Origin: Candidatus Omnitrophota bacterium
Lineage (GTDB): Bacteria; Omnitrophota; Gorgyraeia; 2-01-FULL-45-10
Direction: 5' to 3'
Assembly (NCBI GenBank): GCA_017993955.1
Contig: JAGOLR010000052.1
Span: forward strand, 1-10,843
DNA: 10,843 bases
A program made the translations under genes and the position numbers. The notes below the pieces were generated by a model. The model saw only the letters and a program-made list of their open reading frames with translations, did no database searches and was not told the origin of the DNA. Within the stretch, counting starts at the first letter, position 1; each line of letters starts with the position of its first letter. Positions 7,704 to 10,843 of the stretch are shown here, piece after piece.

Positions 7704-8360
7704 ATGAAATATAGAATGATGCTTACAACGTTATTTTTAGTTTCAGGGATTACGTTAATGGGTGTAGATGATATTCATGCAAGAGGCGGCGGCGGTCACG
7801 GAGGCGGAGGATTTCATGGCGGCGGCGGGTCTCGCGGAGGCGGATGGAGCGGATCCCGCTCCGGGGGATACGGTGGCGGCGAACGTTTCCAGGGCGGCGG
7901 AGATCGTTTTCAGGGCGGCCGGGAATTTAACCGGGACCGTGATTGGCGTCCCGATGACCGTCCGAGGCCAGATCCGGATCATCACCCCAGACCCACACCG
8001 CCGGCCCCGCCACCTCCTCCCACATACAACGTTAATGTAAATGCCCCGGACGGATGGTGGTATGGAGGAGCCGATGATGCCCTTGCCGGCATGGCTGTAG
8101 GGACCATGGTCGGCGCCGCGGCCGCTAATAACAATAACTCCGGATCCACTACCGTGGTTGTCGAAAACCCTCCTCAGACTCAGTATCAACAGCAGGTCCA
8201 GGTAGGAAATCAATCCGCGATGCTACCGTCAGGATCTCAGGCAAGAAGCGTCAACGGCGCGGTATATTATCAGAATGGGGATACCTGGTACAGGCCTTAT
8301 TTCGGCACAAACGGCGTCTATTACGAGGTTGTTCCGGCTCCGGGGATATCCGGCCAATAA
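7704..8360 (+). CDS. Secreted low-complexity protein: Gly/RGG-rich, Pro-rich and Gln/Asn-rich, with a glycine-zipper-like segment.
   Basis: RBS AAAGGAG. Signal peptide is MKYRMMLTTLFLVSGITLMGVDDIHA. A Gly-rich region follows with a tandem ERFQGGG/DRFQGGR unit (GGGGHGGGGFHGGGGSRGGGWSG...). Next comes an Arg/Asp/Pro tract (RDRDWRPDDRPRPDPDHHPRPTPPAPPPPP), then a GxxxGxxxG stretch (AGMAVGTMVGAAAA), a Gln/Asn-rich tract and an aromatic C-terminus (YYQNGDTWYRPYFGTNGVYYEVV). The alternative-frame ORFs over this region are compositional artefacts. Confidence 0.7.
   Translation: MKYRMMLTTLFLVSGITLMGVDDIHARGGGGHGGGGFHGGGGSRGGGWSGSRSGGYGGGERFQGGGDRFQGGREFNRDRDWRPDDRPRPDPDHHPRPTPPAPPPPPTYNVNVNAPDGWWYGGADDALAGMAVGTMVGAAAANNNNSGSTTVVVENPPQTQYQQQVQVGNQSAMLPSGSQARSVNGAVYYQNGDTWYRPYFGTNGVYYEVVPAPGISGQ
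7881..7922 (+). repeat. Imperfect 21-nt tandem duplication inside the Gly-rich gene.
   Basis: gaacgtttccagggcggcgga is followed by gatcgttttcagggcggccgg, encoding ERFQGGG and DRFQGGR. Confidence 0.6.
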
Positions 8361-8375
8361 TACTAGAGGTGACTT

Positions 8376-9419
8376 ATGGGAAGAGGCTCGTGGGTAGATC
8401 TCGGTAGTGTTATAGACCTTAAAAAGAAAAGACTTCAGGAAATAAGTCTCGGGGATACTCCCGTAGCGCTTACGTTCAAAGACGGGATCTTCAGCGCCGT
8501 TTCCGGAGAATGTAATCACGAAAAGGGTCCGCTTGGCAAGGGAAGGACAGACGGTGAATATATAATATGCCCATGGCATGGCTGGACTTTTCACAGAAAG
8601 ACAGGTCACGGCAAACACCCTTTCGAGGCGGCCTGTCTTCCTCGTTATACCCTGAAAGAGAAGCGCGGCCATCTCTTCATCAACACTAAGCCGGTGAATC
8701 GACGGGCCGAATATCCTCATCCGCCTCATCCTTTATCCAGACGAGTAACCCGCCGAGATGGCCCTATAAGGGTGGTTGGGATATCTACCACCGCCATGTC
8801 CAAGAGCCTTCCCAGATACTCCACATCGGAAGATCTTCTCGAGGCCGCTCTTAAACACGCCCGGACCAGATTAAAGGCCGAAACCAAGTTGATAAAACTG
8901 CGGGACTTGAAATTTCACCACTGCGGCGGGTTCTATTCCATCGATGAACGCGCATGCACGTGGCCTTGTTCATTTACCCAGATGGACGAGAAAGACCAGA
9001 TGACCGAGGTTTACGAGGCCCTGGTATTCTGGGCGGATGTAGTAGTCGTCGCCACGCCCGTTCGTTGGGGCAGCGCAAGCTCTCTTTATTATAAGATGGC
9101 CGAGAGGCTGAATTGCGTCGAGAACCAGTCCCTTATAGCCGGAACGGATCTTATAAAAGACAAGACCGCCGCTTTCATACTTACCGGAGGGCAGGACAAT
9201 ATACAGTCCGTAGCGGGGACTATGATGATGTTTTTCGGGGAGCTGGGGTTTTCTTTCGCCGACCATCCTTTTACGGCGCATAGCCGCGGCTGGGAGGCGG
9301 AGGACATGGCAAACAATGTCGATTATGTGAGATCAAACAGGGCGCTCAAGGAAGATGCCCGCAGGCTCATCGAAAGGGCTGTAGCGATGTCGAGGCGTAT
9401 TTTAGAGAAAAAGATCTAG
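8376..9419 (+). CDS. Rieske [2Fe-2S] domain fused to an NAD(P)H-dependent FMN reductase / flavodoxin-like domain.
   Basis: RBS GAGGTGA. The N-terminal ~105 aa carry Rieske box I CNHEKGPL and box II CPWHGWTF, with 16 residues between them. A PHPPHP linker follows. The C-terminal ~215 aa have a flavodoxin-like FMN-reductase pattern: RVVGISTTAMS..., VVVATPVRWGSASSLYYKMAERL (like PVY-x-xS-x-xKxxxDR) and AAFILTGGQDN. There is an extra Cys cluster HHCGG...CTWPC. Confidence 0.85.
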   Translation: MGRGSWVDLGSVIDLKKKRLQEISLGDTPVALTFKDGIFSAVSGECNHEKGPLGKGRTDGEYIICPWHGWTFHRKTGHGKHPFEAACLPRYTLKEKRGHLFINTKPVNRRAEYPHPPHPLSRRVTRRDGPIRVVGISTTAMSKSLPRYSTSEDLLEAALKHARTRLKAETKLIKLRDLKFHHCGGFYSIDERACTWPCSFTQMDEKDQMTEVYEALVFWADVVVVATPVRWGSASSLYYKMAERLNCVENQSLIAGTDLIKDKTAAFILTGGQDNIQSVAGTMMMFFGELGFSFADHPFTAHSRGWEAEDMANNVDYVRSNRALKEDARRLIERAVAMSRRILEKKI

Positions 9420-9428
9420 GAGACAGAG

Positions 9429-9923
9429 ATGTTCCCGATAATTAAGAAGATACGTGAGGAGTTCTGGAGAATAATACCGGCGGTGATATATTTCTTTTTC
9501 GCATTCAGCCTTTTCAATCTTACCTTCGGGATGTGGCTTAAGGAAATGGGCCTTCGGATATGGTCCTTTACCGGAGTGGTGATCGCGGCTCTTATTGTCG
9601 GAAAGGTAATGCTCATCGTCGACAGCATACCGTTTCTGAATATATTCTCGAATAAACCCCTCATATACAGCACCGTGTGGAAATCCCTGGTATATACTTT
9701 CGTCAGTTTCCTGATAAGGCTTCTGGAGAAATTCATACCGCTTTTAAGGCAAGGCCTCGATATCGGCTCGGCCTGGGCCAGGCTTATCGAAGGGGTCCTA
9801 TGGCCGCGTTTCTGGACCATACAGATTTGGTGCTTCATCCTATTTCTAATATTTGTGGTGAACCAGGAGCTTGTAAAAGGTATAGGCTGGGAGAGGATAC
9901 GAAAGATGTTCTTCGGCCGGTGA
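9429..9923 (+). CDS. Small polytopic inner-membrane protein, hypothetical, with about 4 transmembrane helices.
   Basis: RBS AGGAGA upstream of ATG 9429. Four long hydrophobic segments are separated by short, positively charged loops. The overlapping minus-strand ORF 9416..9943 is Ser/Arg-rich and reads as antisense. Confidence 0.65.
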   Translation: MFPIIKKIREEFWRIIPAVIYFFFAFSLFNLTFGMWLKEMGLRIWSFTGVVIAALIVGKVMLIVDSIPFLNIFSNKPLIYSTVWKSLVYTFVSFLIRLLEKFIPLLRQGLDIGSAWARLIEGVLWPRFWTIQIWCFILFLIFVVNQELVKGIGWERIRKMFFGR

Positions 9924-9926
9924 GAA

Positions 9927-9998
9927 ATGGATTTAAAACACACATTATTTATCGGCCTATTAATAGTGTTCCGATATTCCGTATTGGCCGGGGGATAA
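9927..9998 (+). CDS. Candidate 23-codon hydrophobic mini-ORF (MDLKHTLFIGLLIVFRYSVLAGG) in the intergenic gap.
   Basis: An ATG 3 nt after the upstream stop is preceded by GGTGAG. It encodes a single transmembrane-like peptide. Its stop TAA at 9996-9998 is 5 nt before the next gene start at 10004. Too short to score statistically. Confidence 0.25.
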   Translation: MDLKHTLFIGLLIVFRYSVLAGG

Positions 9999-10003
9999 GG
10001 GTT

Positions 10004-10630
10004 ATGATCAAAAAAGTAATATTATTTCTGGCCGTGGCATTATCGGCATATCCGGCGGAGAGCGCTTACGCCAAGGCCATCGACGAGAGGATATATATCG
10101 CCCCCTCTGGGCCCGTTGACGTGAGCGTGCTTAAAAAGATAAAAAGCTCACTTCCGGACATTTTGCCGATGGCGGTAAGCGTAGAGTTGGCCCCGGAAGA
10201 GAAGATGCCTCCCGAGGCTTATAACGAGGCGCGCGGCCAATATGATGCGTCAGTCCTTTTGGAGGCTGTGGCCAAAAGGAATAATCTCGCAACGACAAGG
10301 GAGAGCATGATCGTGGTGACGGAGAGCGACCTTTATTATGCAGACGTTGCCCATGTTTTTGGGTTGTCGAACCCTAAGGCCAAGATATGCGTCATATCTC
10401 TCGCCCGGCCGGCAGGCGGTAAGAGTAAGAGCCAGGGGGCGCTAAGGTCTGCGGCGACCGAACTCGGGTATGTTTTGGGGCTTAAGGACTGTTCTGACGC
10501 AAAATGCGTTATGCATCTTTCGGAAAATCCCGGGGATGACGATAGTAAGAAGGTATATTTTTGTCACGACTGTAAAAAACGCCTCCGTTCGAGGTATTCT
10601 TCCGCTCTTATAAATATACCGCAATTTTAA
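10004..10630 (+). CDS. Archaemetzincin-like (peptidase M54 family) protein with a degenerate active site and an N-terminal signal peptide. Start 10004 preferred over the track start at 9677.
   Basis: The in-frame region 9677..10003 overlaps the preceding membrane-protein gene and has no coding character. ATG 10004 gives the signal peptide MIKKVILFLAVALSAYPAESAYA. The N-terminal part matches the archaemetzincin pattern (RIYIAPSGPVD..., RGQYDASVLL..., ESDLYYADVAHVFGLSNP..., CVISLARP). Where archaemetzincins have HExxHxxGxxHCx4CxM-x16/17-CxxC, this protein has TELGYVLGLKDCSDAKCVMHLSENPGDDDSKKVYFCHDC. All three His are replaced (by T, Y and D) while the Glu and all four Cys are retained. Confidence 0.8.
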   Translation: MIKKVILFLAVALSAYPAESAYAKAIDERIYIAPSGPVDVSVLKKIKSSLPDILPMAVSVELAPEEKMPPEAYNEARGQYDASVLLEAVAKRNNLATTRESMIVVTESDLYYADVAHVFGLSNPKAKICVISLARPAGGKSKSQGALRSAATELGYVLGLKDCSDAKCVMHLSENPGDDDSKKVYFCHDCKKRLRSRYSSALINIPQF

Positions 10631-10647
10631 AAGAAAGGAGTTTTTTG

Positions 10648-10843
10648 ATGAATATGCGTTTGCTTGTATTCGTGGTTATTTTTTGTGCTTTTATTATGTC
10701 GATATCATCCGATGCTTATTCCAAGACCGCCCAGTCGGGTTCTCAGAGAAACGAGTTTGACAAGGTATTCAACTCTGCGCCCTTATCGGGCGGCGTCAAA
10801 GAGATAAATTACGCGCAGTTCATAACGATAAAGAATTCCGGGG
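10648..10843 (+). CDS. Secreted hypothetical protein, 3'-truncated by the window end.
   Basis: RBS AAAGGAG lies 7 nt upstream of ATG 10648. Signal peptide is MNMRLLVFVVIFCAFIMSISSDAYS. Only about 65 aa are visible, so family assignment is not possible. A thioredoxin-like fold is a guess. Confidence 0.55.
   Translation, partial: MNMRLLVFVVIFCAFIMSISSDAYSKTAQSGSQRNEFDKVFNSAPLSGGVKEINYAQFITIKNSG

Noticed and set aside
7755-8213. Minus-strand 152-aa ORF and + strand alternative-frame ORF 7768..8040 inside the Gly-rich gene.
   Set aside because: GC-rich low-complexity sequence yields long open frames in all phases. Only the 7704 frame has an RBS, a signal peptide and a sensible end.
9416-9943. 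Minus-strand 175-aa ORF opposite the 9429..9923 membrane-protein gene.
   Set aside because: The + strand frame has four clear transmembrane helices and an RBS. The minus frame is Arg/Ser-rich without features.
9677-10003. N-terminal 109-codon extension of the archaemetzincin-like ORF as given in the track (start 9677).
   Set aside because: It overlaps the upstream membrane-protein gene in another frame, has no coding-like composition, and the internal ATG at 10004 yields a perfect signal peptide.
1-10843. Searched for tRNA, rRNA, CRISPR repeats, IS elements or integrases, and inverted-repeat terminators.
   Set aside because: No periodic direct repeats, no cloverleaf-compatible segments in the tiny intergenic gaps, no transposase- or integrase-like ORFs, and no convincing GC-rich hairpin followed by a U-tract anywhere.

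Overview
The window is densely coding and entirely on the + strand: 13 complete genes plus one 3'-truncated gene, separated by gaps of only 3 to 80 nt, with recognisable Shine-Dalgarno sequences upstream of most starts. All minus-strand ORFs in the supplied track read as antisense artefacts. I found no rRNA, tRNA, CRISPR array, transposase or integrase.

Codon usage is A/T-biased at synonymous sites (frequent ATA Ile, AGG/AGA Arg, AAA, TTT) at moderate GC. Several proteins end in a C-terminal aromatic residue typical of outer-membrane beta-barrels, so the source is a diderm bacterium, plausibly an uncultivated lineage. I cannot assign taxonomy from sequence alone.

At least 9 of the 14 products carry an N-terminal signal peptide, lipobox or transmembrane segment, so this looks like a cell-envelope locus. 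The calls I consider best supported are:
- a SPFH/band-7 (stomatin/prohibitin/HflKC-like) protein whose reading frame runs without a stop from an upstream signal-peptide plus TPR domain, yet has its own strong internal RBS and ATG (3327..4907, internal start 4041);
- a metallophosphoesterase (6125..6847);
- a Rieske [2Fe-2S] domain fused to an NAD(P)H-dependent FMN-reductase/flavodoxin-like domain (8376..9419);
- a signal-peptide-bearing archaemetzincin-like (peptidase M54) homolog in which the HExxHxxGxxH zinc-binding histidines are replaced (TELGYVLGLKD) while the downstream Cys4 zinc motif is kept (10004..10630).

Other features of note:
- two likely outer-membrane beta-barrel proteins, one with a His- and Met-rich N-terminus;
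- a BamE/SmpA_OmlA-like lipoprotein directly after the SPFH gene;
- two membrane proteins with zinc ribbons;
- a Gly/RGG-, Pro- and Gln/Asn-rich secreted low-complexity protein;
- a 23-codon hydrophobic ORF in the largest intergenic gap.

The most plausible candidate for an undescribed system is the block at 667..5333: a metal-binding-looking outer-membrane protein, a small secreted protein, a second outer-membrane beta-barrel, the TPR-SPFH protein and the BamE-like lipoprotein. It could be an envelope-spanning scaffold built around an SPFH microdomain protein that lacks the usual NfeD partner. A second candidate is the redox pair at 8376..10630, the Rieske-flavoprotein fusion followed by the exported pseudo-metzincin. 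Every functional assignment rests on motif recognition by eye, without database searches, and should be treated as a hypothesis.
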